Below, in pieces: positions 11,348 to 23,715 of a stretch of 64,000 nt of DNA. Both the position numbers and the translations under genes were made by a program. This DNA comes from Ginglymostoma cirratum (Eukaryota). Each line of letters starts with the position of its first letter. The stretch's first letter is position 1. The notes under the pieces are model-generated. The model searched no databases. It saw nothing but the letters and a program-made list of their open reading frames with translations, and was not told the DNA's origin. The stretch spans positions 418,668-482,667 of the forward strand of contig JAHRHZ010000115.1 in NCBI GenBank assembly GCA_024137785.1, written 5' to 3'.

Positions 11348-12569
11348 CTGCAATGAAGTAGAAATCAAAGTAGAATCAAAACACCAGTCTTCAGGCTATT
11401 TCGTCACAAGGTAAAGAAACCAAATTCGAGATGGCAACTTTCAAATATTCTTGAAATAGTACTTACTGTTGTTCATGTATTTTAATTTGTGAAAATATTC
11501 GTGATTACCTATGACATGACCAGAGTAATTATTCCTAAAGAGCACTGACTTTGCAACAAGTGAAACAATTGAAAAAAAAAAACAACAGATGTACCTTAAC
11601 GTAACCCATGGAGTAACCTTCCTTTTAGAGTTCTTCTCTCACTTAAGAACGTCTATTGATATTTGTGACAAAGCTAATGTGCTGTCAATATAATGACTTC
11701 ATTTCTACATTCATAAGCCATACTTGCAAATGTTGTTGGTCATGCTGAGTGCCAAATCACATTCGGAATTTCGGGAAAACTGTAATCAAACGTAACAATT
11801 ATCTTATTCCTCATGTATTTACAGAGATTTAATGTGTTAGAGGAGTGGTGAACGGCCACGGCAATTGTATTCGCAGTGATTTCACATGATCGAAAATAAT
11901 TTGCATTATTGGTGTGACATCTTTCTCTAAAATATACCATGAGATATTATTCCTCATGTACTGAATTTGGAGTAGATCTGAAAATGAGGCACTGAGCACA
12001 GCATCGGAAACACAATAGGACACCATCACCTCAAGCCTTTCCCTCTGTTCAGTTAGTTAATGACTGGTCTCTACTTTCACTTTATTTACCAATCTGCTAT
12101 TCTTAATTTCCTCATGGAACGAAAAATAACCAAGCAGGAGCGTTTTAAATTAATGTACAAATGCAACGGAAATTTGTGCCTGTGAAACTCCGATTTCCAC
12201 TACTCACTGAGTGAACATCTCCATCCCGAAACCAGGTTTCAACAGCCTGGCTCTAATTTCTCGTGCATTCACCCTTGTTGTGACTTTACCATCCGACTTT
12301 ATTCTTCTGCCACGTCGTCTAATTACAGAGAACCTCTAAAAGAATCTCGATTAGATCACTTTTATTCCTGTCAATCGAATATGGTGCCCATTTGGTCTGT
12401 TTTGTTGTCATGACTGGAGTTAAAGAGCCCGTTACCATATAAATTCTATATTATACAATGCCCAAGGCCAACAGATAATTCCTGATCTTGGAGCAAAGAT
12501 TGAATGTATTTTGTTTTATTTTCAAAAAAGGGTCACTTCATATTTTAAAATATCATCTTCACGCCACAA

Positions 12570-12930
12570 TATCGTAAGATATAGTTTCAGAACTTGGCCC
12601 ATTAAGTTTGCTCTGCCGTTCGATCATGGCTGATATATTTCTCAACTCCATTCTCCTGCCTACTCCCCTCACTAAACACGAACCAATCTTTCTGTGTCTT
12701 AAATATATTCAATGACTTGGCTTCGACAGCCCTCTGTGGCGAGGAAATTCACAGAGTCATCACTCTCTGGCGGAAGAAATTTCTCTTCATCTGAATTCTA
12801 AGTGGTCCTCCCTTTGACTCTGAGGCTGCGCCCTCAGGTCCTAGTGTCGCCTGTTACTGAAATCATCTTCTCCACTTCTACTCTATCTTGGAATCTCGGT
12901 ATTTCCTAAGTTCCAACAAGATCCCTCTTC
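12570..12930 (-). mobile_element. CR1 LINE 3' end
   Basis: Typical shark CR1 3' UTR and ORF2 C-terminus in reverse orientation. Confidence 0.7.
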
Positions 12931-13244
12931 AAACCCCCCTGCCCCCTTGTTCTTGAGGCCGTTACCAGTAATGGAGTCTGCACTCCGAATTCCTCGCCAT
13001 GTATGGTCAATCAACCAACAAAACTAGCTAACTGTCTGCATGCCTTCAACGCAGAGGAAGGCATGTTTTGCTGATTTGAATTATGAACGATGGTGGCATA
13101 ACGCTCACATTCAAATGAGACACACACGGAATGAATGTAAATTAGAACTTGCTCTGTGCTATTTACTAATCCTGATAAGTTCATGTACTTGATTTGCACC
13201 CGAATTCAGAATGATTTGCATTTCTCCTGGTATGTGTCTCTTAC

Positions 13245-13559
13245 CCTGGGGTCCGGTGATGTTTTGACTTTGAATGACCCCCTCATGAGTGACCAGACAC
13301 GTATAGACTGCACTGTTAAACCAATCACCATAAGTGACTCTCAGCCAACTGGTCACTGAGAAGTTACCGTTCACTTCACACGCCGGAGAGGTGAAGAAGC
13401 CAGAAGCCATGGGTCGTCCATTCTTCAACCAACTCACGGAGATTGACTTTGGATGGAAATCGATGATTGAACAGTCGATGGTCGCAACTTTTATGCTTGT
13501 GATTTCTTCACTGGAACTGACAGGGAGGAGAACAGTTGGATGGGCACCATTTATTGAAC
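13245..13559 (-). CDS. IGHM: Cmu2 exon (open frame, inside pseudogene)
   Basis: [48 protein letters not shown]...[22 protein letters not shown]. 315 bp, AG/GT, phase 1-1. Confidence 0.93.
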
Positions 13560-13689
13560 CTTAAGAAAACACATCGTGTAAATTATGTGACGTATTTGAG
13601 AACAAATACAGTGAGTTCTTTTCTATCAAAGATCGTTGTGGTTAATAGATACTAACTTAAATAAAGCGATCATAATTATGCAGATATCT

Positions 13690-16600
13690 ACAGGAGCTGG
13701 AATCCAGACAGAAGGATCAGCAGGGTGATATCAAGTGCCAAAATTAGAAGAAAGAGCAAGAGAAGAAACAAGGTACAGAAATTATACGTCAGATAAATCA
13801 AAAGCAAGGTAGCAATGTTGAATGGTATTCGTTTAATGAAAGGATTCTGACGAGCAAGACAGATGAGTTGAGGGCAGAAATGAGGAAAGGACGCAATTGA
13901 CATCACAGAGATACTTTGAAAGACGGGCAGGATTCATTATTCCAGGATGTATGGCCTTCAGGTGAGGCAAGGAATAATGCAAAATCGTGGGAGGGGAGTC
14001 TCATCGTAATGTTGAGCAGGGAGTTTTCAGCAGTAAAGAGGAATGAAATCGTACATACCTTCCCAAATGAAGGCAACTGAAAAGGACTTAAAATCCAAGA
14101 TAGAGGAAACACGCTATTAGGAGAGCACGGTTGGCCCCTTTATTAGTCCGGGAGAAATAAGAGGGCAGACGTGTAAGCAAATTTCAGAGAAGTGTAAGTC
14201 ATTAAGGTAATAAGTATAGGAGATTTCAACTTCCTCAATGTAGAGCGGAGCATTCATCTTTTCCAATCTCACGAGGGAGCAGAATTGTGAAAATACACCC
14301 AGGAGAGCGTTTTAATATGGTACATAGAAGGCCTTGCAAGAGAGGGCTGAACCTGGACTTAACTTTACTTAACAAAGCCGACCAAGTGATTAAAATATCA
14401 ATGGGGAAGCATTTTGCGGAGTGCAACAATAAATACACTAGATTGGAGATTGTTCCAGAAAGGGATAGGAATACATTTAAACCAAAATTCTGAAATGTTG
14501 GAAGACCAATTTTAATAAGATCTGGTACGATTTTACCAGGGTGGACTGTAAGCTGACAGTTATTGGTAAATCTGAGTCAGAGCAGTAGGATGCCTTCAAG
14601 AAGGAAACAGGAAGAGTACAGGACCAACATGTTCCAATAAAGAAACAGCGTGGGATGAAAAATGCAACGAGCCTTGGACATCAAAGGACGTACAGGATTA
14701 GATAAAGTGAAAAAGGGAAGCTTATGGCATATGCCGAAGTCTCAAAACAATAGAAGCTCTGAAGAAATACAGAACGTGCAAGGACCAGTTGAAACAGTGC
14801 TATTACTTGAGTGAAGTAACAGGACATAGGTTATGATCTAAATGAATACACTATGTCGTTGTTCACCAATAAAGTAGGTGATGCAGGTATAGAAATCATG
14901 GAAAAGCATTATGACTTATTACCAGAAATTAGCATAGATGATGGAATATTCTGTGATATTTTGAAGGTTTAAAAGTAGTTAAATTTCCAGGGATAGATGA
15001 AATGTATTCCGGGCTGTTGAGTGAAGCAAAGGAGGAAATGGTTGAAGTGCTGGCAGTAAATTTGAATTACTCTCTTGCCACAGGTGATGAGCGAAATGAA
15101 AATTGTTCAGACAACGTGGTTCTGTGAAGCAAAAGGGAGCAAAAAATAAACTATCAAATCGTAGGACAGTTAAGCTAGACTCACTGGTAGGGAAACTATT
15201 GGAAACAATCCTGAGGATTTGAATTAATCTTCATTTGGAAGTGCAATCAAAAATTCTCTGCATGCTTTTGTTGGCGAGACATTATGTTTAACCAATTTGA
15301 CGGGATTTTTTTGAAGAGATAATCAGCTGTATAGATATGAGCAGAGATAAGAGTCAATGGGATCTGAGGAAATTTGACTCATTTGATGCAGAACTGGATT
15401 AGTGGCAGGAAGCAGAGTGTGATGGTCCCGAGGTATTTGTGTGACTGGAATTCTGTATCTAGTGGTGATCTGCAGCGACCAGTGTTGATATCGTTGTTGT
15501 TTTTGTAATGTACAAACGGCTTCGACTTGAATGTAAGAGGGTTGAGCAGTATATTCACAGGTGAAAGGAAACTTCTTGGGGTGGTAAGTATTGAGCATAA
15601 TAATTGAACTGCACAGTAGGATAAAGAAGCGTTGGCCAGGTGGGCTGATCAGTGGCAAACGGAAATCAATTTGAATAAGTGTGTGGTGATGCCAGTCGTC
15701 AGAAAAAAAAAAACAAGGTGTAACATTATGAATAGCGGAATCCTGGGATGTACGAGTAATTTTCGTGAGCACGTCCACCAAACCATTATAACACAAGGCC
15801 AAGTCATAGAGTCATAAGGATCTACAGCATGGGAACAGACACTTCGATTCAACTCCTGCATGCTTACAGATATCTAAATTAATCTAATCCCACTTTCCAG
15901 CATTTTGCACATTTCCCTCTGAACCCTTCCTATTCACTTACCCGTCCAGATGCCTTTAAATGTTATAACTGTACCCGTCTCCGCTACTTCCTCTGGCAGC
16001 TCATCTCATACACGCATCACCCTCTGTGTGAAAAAAATTGCCTCTAAGGTCCGGTTTAAATCGTTCCCCTCTCGAACTAAACTTATGCCATCTAGTTTAG
16101 GACTCCCCTGCCCCGGAAAAAAGACCTCGGCTGTTCATTCTATCCACGCCCCTCAAGATTTTATAAACTTCAATCAGATCACCCTCAGCCTCTGACGCCC
16201 TAAAGAAAATTACTCCAGCCTATCCAGCCTTTACCAATGGCTCAAACCATTTGACTATTGCAACATACTTGCATATCTTTTCTAAACCATTCACGTTTGT
16301 CAAAATCTTTCCTGTAGCTGGGAGACCAGAATTGAACGCAATTGTGGATAAAGAGGTTCGGAAGATGTGTGTGATATTTGCTTTTATCAGCTGAGGTATT
16401 GGATTTTGGGGGTAGGCAGATGACACTTGAACTTGATTAAACATTGGTTTGGTCATAATAAAGTATGGTATGCAGGTCCGGAATCCAGGTTATTAGAGGA
16501 ATTATTTCACTGGAGAAGGCACAGAAGAGACTTACCAGGATGTTTCCCAAGCTGAAGAGTTTTAGTTATGTAATGAGAATGAATAGAGTTGAACTTTCTT

Positions 16601-16985
16601 TGGAACAGAAGAGACTGAGTGGGAACATGATTGAGGTTATAGAATTATGAGGTGCATAGCTAGGGTAGACAGGAAGAAACTATTCCCATTGATTGTGGCT
16701 ATAATGTCGAAGGTACATAGGTTTCACGTAAGGGCAGGACGTTTAGAGGGAAAGTAAAAGTCACTCAGAGGAATGGAGCTCAGTGCCTGTAAGTCATGTT
16801 GAGGCTGAAACTCTCATAAGATGTCAGAGGTGTTCAGATGCATGCTTGTAATACCAAGTTATATAAGGCAATGGATCCAGTGCTGGAAAGTTGGATTAGA
16901 GCAGTTGGGTCGTTGTTTTTGATTGGTATGGACTGGATGGGGTGAAGGGCCTTTTTCTGTGCTGTGTATATCTTTGACTCTGAAA
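13690..16985 (+). mobile_element. Old, near-full-length CR1 ORF2 (endonuclease, RT, 3' tail) in the Cmu1-Cmu2 intron, with nested insertion
   Basis: Decayed motifs in order: endonuclease start (about 13820), GDFNF (14219), WADQWQ (15640), LEKAQKRLTRMFPKL (16510), 3' tail (16960-16985). Confidence 0.8.
15805..16345 (-). mobile_element. Younger CR1 3' fragment nested in the older CR1
   Basis: Reverse CR1 tail (catagagtcata...) starts at 15805. The host reading QGQV|DKEV rejoins across the insert. Confidence 0.8.
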
Positions 16986-17055
16986 AGTGTTATCAATAAT
17001 GCCCTATTCATACAAATCGCAGATTTATGTTTAACCCAGTTCCCACAACACTTAC

Positions 17056-17355
17056 ATGGCATTCCAGTGCTCTTATCCGACCCGATGTGTCGAACTTCTC
17101 AGTAGATTTTGCCGCATTCCGCCTTTGACTCGGTGAGGGTTAATTGGCTGCTCATGGTATAAGTTCCATTTGTGTTTCTTACTGATGCGTAAGTCTTAAA
17201 TCCAGTGGTGATTATCTCCTCGCCTTTCTTCCAGGTCACTCTGGCGACGTCAGGGGAATAGTCCATCGCCAAACAACCATAGATCACAGAGAAGTCAGTG
17301 TCGTCATGCTGACAGGAGGAGACTAGGCAATAAAGTGTGGGTAAAATCGTTGTCG
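17056..17355 (-). pseudogene. IGHM: Cmu1 exon with nonsense mutation
   Basis: CCTAG| acceptor. Translates [16 protein letters not shown]...[22 protein letters not shown]...[31 protein letters not shown], then T|GTAAGT. The second canonical Cys is TGA (17099-17101). Confidence 0.95.
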
Positions 17356-17682
17356 CTAGGAAAGAATGGCCGATTAAGTAGGTTAGACGCTGTTAATTAG
17401 ATGTTATATGTTACTCAAATGCATCCATTGCTGTAAACATAATCCAGTAAATTCCAGCAAAAATCTACAACATAAATTTAGCTTATTTTTGCTTTCTGTC
17501 ATTTGTTGATCATGATCTGTTGGCTCCCTCTTCAGAAGCACGCTTCATACCTTGACCATTAACATACAATTAAGAAATAGGAAAGCTCTGATCCTATCAC
17601 CATTCAGTGTTTGAAAATTTTGTCAATAAAGCAATTGACACTTCCATTGGATTACAAATGACGAATGGAGGAGTTTCACGAA

Positions 17683-17820
17683 ATAAAACCCAAAGAACTG
17701 AGAATGCTGTAAATGAGAAACAAAAACAGAAATTGCTGGAAAAGCTCAGCAGTTCTGGTAACATCCATAGAGAGAAATCAGAGTTTACGTTTCGAGTCCT
17801 TTTACCTTTGCTCTGACCTC
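17683..17820 (-). mobile_element. Penelope-derived terminal fragment (family B)
   Basis: Matches the terminus of 46458-47050. Further copies at about 22940-23075, 32240-32357 and 63830-63960. Confidence 0.7.
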
Positions 17821-17836
17821 AGATTTNNNNNNNNNN

Positions 17837-17865
<29 letters not shown>
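17837..17865. repeat. (TG)n microsatellite
   Basis: Pure TG run next to a 10-N gap. Confidence 0.95.
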
Positions 17866-17868
<3 letters not shown>

Positions 17869-18329
17869 AGACAGAGAGTTTCACTGTTCATTCGGCAAGT
17901 CTCCGTTTCTTAATCAAGAACGTTATGTAAAAGATAAATAGTCTTGTCCTTTCTATAATTGCTGTTGTGTAAACAGATTCACTGAAATTAGTCGCTGACA
18001 CCTCACATTAGCTCAGATTCCCCATGCGTCCAAAGTATGTGAAGTGACTGAACTTCAAACGTAACTCTGTAATCAGTAATTGCAGGTTTACAATAAAACC
18101 AATCATAAAAACCTGTTGACTTAAAACCGTGAAGCGGCTTTAATGATTTTCTATCTTGAGAGTCTCGGTGTGAACACCTTTCATCTAATTCCAGTCTAAC
18201 ACGACAAAAAACTGATGTGTCTGAAAGGAAATCATTGCAAGACAACAAATATCATTCGTTTCACCATTAAAAAAACACTCTTATCCCATTTTCTGCAGAG
18301 AATCACCTGAGTAGCGGGTCATTGCCGGA

Positions 18330-19420
18330 TGGTTGGGCTACAGTTTACAGGGCAGTGATGAACATTGACTCCTGACGCCATGAAGTGTCTTGGATTGAGG
18401 ACATAAATGGGTGAGGCTACACCCTTTTTATTGTCTGATCCTGACATGCCACATTATCTTGATTGATAAATCAATATACCTCCAAATTGAACACCAGCTG
18501 GCAGAAAGTGTGTTGTTGGCGCTGTCTGCCTTCATAATGAAGACTTCAATGTGAATCACCACAGCAGCAATGAAGGAGTGGCAACTGCCGAGTGCGAAAC
18601 AATATTGGCCCATACATTCTTTGATTATATTCGTTCATGTGATGTCAGCATTCCTGTCCCCAGCAGCATTCTTCGCCCATTGTTAATTGGGCATGGAGAG
18701 GCGGCGGAGAGCTGTTTTCTTGCTCCATTATCGACTTTGTAAAACAGATGCACTCACAGTATGGCTTGGACCGGGGTGGCAGGACTTTTGGCCCAGCAGC
18801 TGTGAAGAATCAGCAATACCGTTAAATAGAGAGGACATGATACAGTTGGTTGTACTGAGGTTATCCACTACCCATGTCCTTCTCGGTGATAGAGGTCATG
18901 ATTTCAGAATCTGCTGGGGGAGGCGTCTGGCTGAGTTTCTACTGTAGATATCGTAGACAGATAACAATGGTCCCACTTTGCATTAGTAGTGACTGAGTGC
19001 ATACTGAACGTGATGAATGGGATGCCAAACAAGTGCATTCCTTTGTGCTGAATGGTGCCAAGCTTCTTGACCGTTGTTGAAGCTACACTCATCCAGACAA
19101 GTGGATAGTATCCCGTCGCACTCCTACTTTGTAGATGGTGAGCAGGCATTGTGGGTACAGGAGATAAGTTATTCACTGCAAACTGTCTCTAATATGCTCT
19201 TGTCGCTATAACATTTGCATGGTAACTCCAGTACTGTTTTTGTCATTGGCAACCCGCAATATGTTGATTACGTGTGATTCGGCAATGGTAATAATATTAA
19301 ATGTCAAGAGAAACACTTAAGGTCACTCTTCTTGGAGATGGACTATATTAGACACAATTCCGTTGCAAAACTTATTTTCCACTTTTCAATGCAAGTCAGA
19401 ATGATTTCTCCTGGAAGAAG
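18330..19420. mobile_element. Fragments of a second LINE family (endonuclease piece on +, 3' piece on -)
   Basis: HEVSW and DFNV-HH endonuclease remnants at 18378-18560. Region 18800-19110 is the reverse of 45680-45990. Confidence 0.6.
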
Positions 19421-20519
19421 GTCACTGTAGCAGCACGGGCAAGAGTTAATCATGGTGTGGAACTGGATGAACACAGCTCTACAACTTGTTACCTTAGACT
19501 CCAACATCGTCAGTTCCTACTATCCAAGAGTTAGTCATCGCATCTGTGAGGATGTCTGTCGCAGCTGATCTCATGCTAATTGCGTCGAAGTTGAAACTTC
19601 GAATTGACATTTATTTGAATTCTGGAGACGTTTGAAAATATGCTTTCCTCCATTAAGAATCAGAGACTTCGGAGTACTATGGCTAACTGAGCTGAACATT
19701 TGCCCACATATGATATGAGAAATTAACAAGTACTTCTTAACTTCAATAACTATCATATTGACACCCAGTTCACCACAAAAACTATAATTTCTCAGACGCA
19801 CCACCGTTCTATCACTCTCTGTCTCGACCTGAATTTCCACTCATATTGACAACCCCGACCTTGCCACATACCCTCTCGCCCTGTAACACACGACCCCCTC
19901 CACAAGACAATACCACACACCCAAGATAATCGATATTCCAGATGGGCATGTACTTTTGATTCCTTTCACTCGATATCCCCTCTTGCCTCCCTGCACATTG
20001 TCCAGTGTGTATTTGGCCTCGAATGGACCTGGAACCACAGCTTTAACAATCCCTGACAGGACCCAGATCCCCCAGACATGCCCCCAGCCCTTGATCACAT
20101 ATATTTCATCTTACCCAAGTCAACGCGTGCCTGTGCATCCTACCTCCCTTCCCAACTGTCCTTTACCACTTGCTACTTTGCCAAACTGCAAGCGTTGTAT
20201 TTTGAGGTCATGTCCACCTGCCACTCCACTACTGTGATCATCTCCTATTGTAACAACCTGGCACCCTGCTGCTATGTCAACTAACCACCCTGCCTCTGGG
20301 CACATCTATGCATTTCCACTCAAAACTACCCTTACCGACCAAGCGCCACTCTGCCAGACTAGTTCCTTGTAACTGTAATCATTTACCTTGATGCCACTCT
20401 GCAAATCTATGTGTGTGCCAGCTCATCCAGGAGCCACTCCACGTCAAAGCCTACGCGTTCACACTCTATCCCTTCTCAGGCTTGCCATATTCGAACTTCT
20501 AGCCTGCTCCATCATAGGG

Positions 20520-21450
20520 CCATAGAGTTGTAGAGGCATACAGTACAGAAACTGACGCTTTGGTCCAACTCACCCATGCCGAACAGTGTTCCTAAATTAA
20601 AGTAATTCCATTTGCCTGCATTTGGCACTTATCCCTCTAAATCTGTTCATGTCCTTGTTGAAACGTCTTTTAAATGTTGTGATTATACACGCTTCTACCA
20701 TTTCATCTGCCAGTTCATTCCAAATACCCATCAAATTTTACGTGAAAAACTTATTCACAGGCTCCTTTTAAATCTCTCCCTCTCAAATTAAAACTATGCC
20801 CTCTAGTTTTGGACTCCCCTAACATAGGATAAAAGAATAAAAACCTTTTCTATTCACCTTATCAACGCCCGTCATGATTTTATGAACCTCTATAATGTCA
20901 CTACTGAACCTCCTAAACTCAAGGGATTAAAAGAAAGGTCCAGAGTAGCCAGCCTCTCCTCAAAACTCAAACCCTCCAGCCTCATTAACATCCTGTAAAT
21001 GTTTTTCTGTACTCTTTTCAAGTTAACAATATTCTTCGTGTAACAGGGCGACAAGAACTAAATGCAGCACTCCAAACGTGGCCTTACTGATGTCCTGCAC
21101 AGCCACAACATGAAGTCCTGACTCCTGTACTCAATGCTCTGACCAATGAAAACAAGAATGCCAAACGCCTTCGTCAACACTCTGTCTACCCGTGACAGTA
21201 CTTTCAAGGAACTATGTATCAAAACCCCTAGTTCCCTCTGTTCGACAACATGCCCTACCATTAATTGCATAATCCATGCCCTGGTTCGTCTTATCAAAAT
21301 ACAGCATGTTACATTTATCTATATTACACTCTGTCTGCCAATCCTCAGCACACTGGCCCTGTTAATCAAGATATCGTTGTAACTTTAAATAACATTCTTC
21401 ACTGTCCATTAAACCACCAATTTTGCTGTTATCACAAACTTGCTAACCAA
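20520..21450 (-). mobile_element. CR1 LINE 3' fragment
   Basis: ORF 21058-21297 (KAFGILVFIGQSIEYRS...VRPRLECC) plus the 3' tail. Confidence 0.88.
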
Positions 21451-23609
21451 ACTTCAATAAATGGTTTCAAGATTTATCATTGAGTATTGTGCCCTGTTCA
21501 CCTTTTCCCACATACTCTTTGTTTCCGACATCCCTTAAAAAAACTAATTAACTATGTGTTGAAAATATTCGATGTTTTGGCCTCAACCACTTTCTGCGGC
21601 AAAGAATTCCAGACGTTCACCACACTCAGTTGAACAGTAAACAAATGAGTTAAATTTTATTGGCAGTTTGAAAGGTTGTTGAGCAGCAAGAATTGTGATG
21701 ATGGAATGAATGGTCTAGCATGCTCGAGAGGCCGAGAGGCCTTCATAGGCTTCTAATTTGTATGTTCACATTTTCCTTCGGCATCAGGTCCCAAAACGTT
21801 CGTCTTTAAGGACAACAGAGCACATGCAAGTCAATGCTTCACCTGGAAGTTTTACTCCAAATCACACTTGAGTTTTGCATGCAACTATTTCTGTCCTTTT
21901 ACTGTTTCTGGATCACAACTATTGAGCCGACTTTCTAATAGTGCTGTGGACGTGCGAATGCCACATGAACGGCAACAATTCAAGTAGGCCGATGACGAAT
22001 AACTTCTCGAGGAAATGTAAGAATTCTGTCACTTCCACACCTGCATAGAGACAGAAATAACAACTGGAAGAACGGGAGCACATTTGAGGGGCTTGTTGAG
22101 TGCCCATAAAGGGATGACGTGCTGAATTGTTTTCTTCTGTGTGGGTTGAATATATTTTCACTGAGCTGACAGAAATACTCCTTCATTATTTAAACGGAAT
22201 GAAGGTTTCCTCACTTTTAGTACTACAATCATATATTATAGTTGTCTGGAATAAATAGAACGCTAAGTTAAAGGGATCTGGCAAACTTGATTGTGATGTT
22301 AGAATTCGAAATGATCAGAGATTTTAAGTGTATTTTCATAAGCAATTAGTTATGCCTCAATACGCCACTTTAAGTACTCACAGAAATATCTTTCAGAAAT
22401 GGTATGTTCCTGACATGTGCAATCGAATCATTACACCTGGGATATTCTTTGATAATCAAAGGTGTTAAGGATTTTTGGCCAAAGGCAGGCACATGGAGTT
22501 ATGTCACAGATCCACCATGATCTGATTCAATGGTGGAACAGCTCGAGGGTCTGCATGCCCTACTCCTGTTCATAGATTCCTATCATTGTATTATACTTTA
22601 GGCTATCGCTGGCAATGAGTAATTATTGTCAAAATATTTCAACGAAATAATGTTTGAAAACATTTTCTTACAACGTCTTATTGATTATTTGGAATGGTAG
22701 CATCGACATTCTCCACTTTAGTGGTCAAAATAACGCTCATCCAATTACAGCAGCCGCTACACTCTGGAGTGTTACTGTTACTTTATGATACCGTTTCTTC
22801 TGAAATTACAACTCCAGATTAGGTCACTCACATTCAATGATAATCTGATATTAAATATAATGAACATTCTTATTTCGTTAAAATGCATTTTCTCTACGAA
22901 CAACTTATGTTGTTTCACCTGACAACTGAGCATTTTTTTAAATGAAACAACAACTGTGAATGCTAGATATCTGAAATAAAAACGCAAATTACTGAAGAAA
23001 CTCAGCAAGTCTGGCAGATCCTGTGGAGAGGAAACAAAGTTAACATTTCGAGTCCGGAGACCCTTCCTCAGCAAATTGTTCTCATACTTTCTGGCACAGG
23101 AACTCACACCTATTAAATTAGACTCTGGTTAAGTTGCTTGACTTCTGGAAAAGGATTCTTAGGAGAGGTACTGGACGAACTGAAATATAAATTGAAGATT
23201 AACTGAAAAACTACCACTATCTACTCCAAGTATTGGATTTATTGGAAGCCCCATCCGACTAAACAGTTCAGCTCTCCTGATCAGGTACAGCATTGGTTTG
23301 ATATAAATTAAAACAAGCTCAAAATTGTCTCATCAAATATCCTTCAGTGACGATTAACTCTGGGGTATATATAAATGTTACTGACAGAAAAACTAGTCAG
23401 AAGTTGGAATTTCTGTGAGGCACAACGTAATTAACACCAACTAGGGACGCCCAAATCCCATGAGCAAATATTGTTTTTTTTTTGTAAAAATTGTTAAACC
23501 CCAAATTCCGTCTATTTTCTAAAACAGCGATTGGCTAGATTTCACAGGCCTCTATTATTGGAATTCCAACAATACCCAAAGAGCTCGATGTTCTTTTGTT
23601 TCCCCTGAA

Positions 23610-23715
23610 TTCACCTGTTCAGAAATGCTATTGCATACCTCTGCAGTTGGTTGGAATTGAAAGCTGGGCACCTGTCTCAAAGTCAGGGCCAACACTACTG
23701 CATCACAAGAGACCA
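23610..23715 (-). mobile_element. tRNA-derived SINE remnant
   Basis: Reverse-complement similarity to 9168-9252. Confidence 0.5.
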
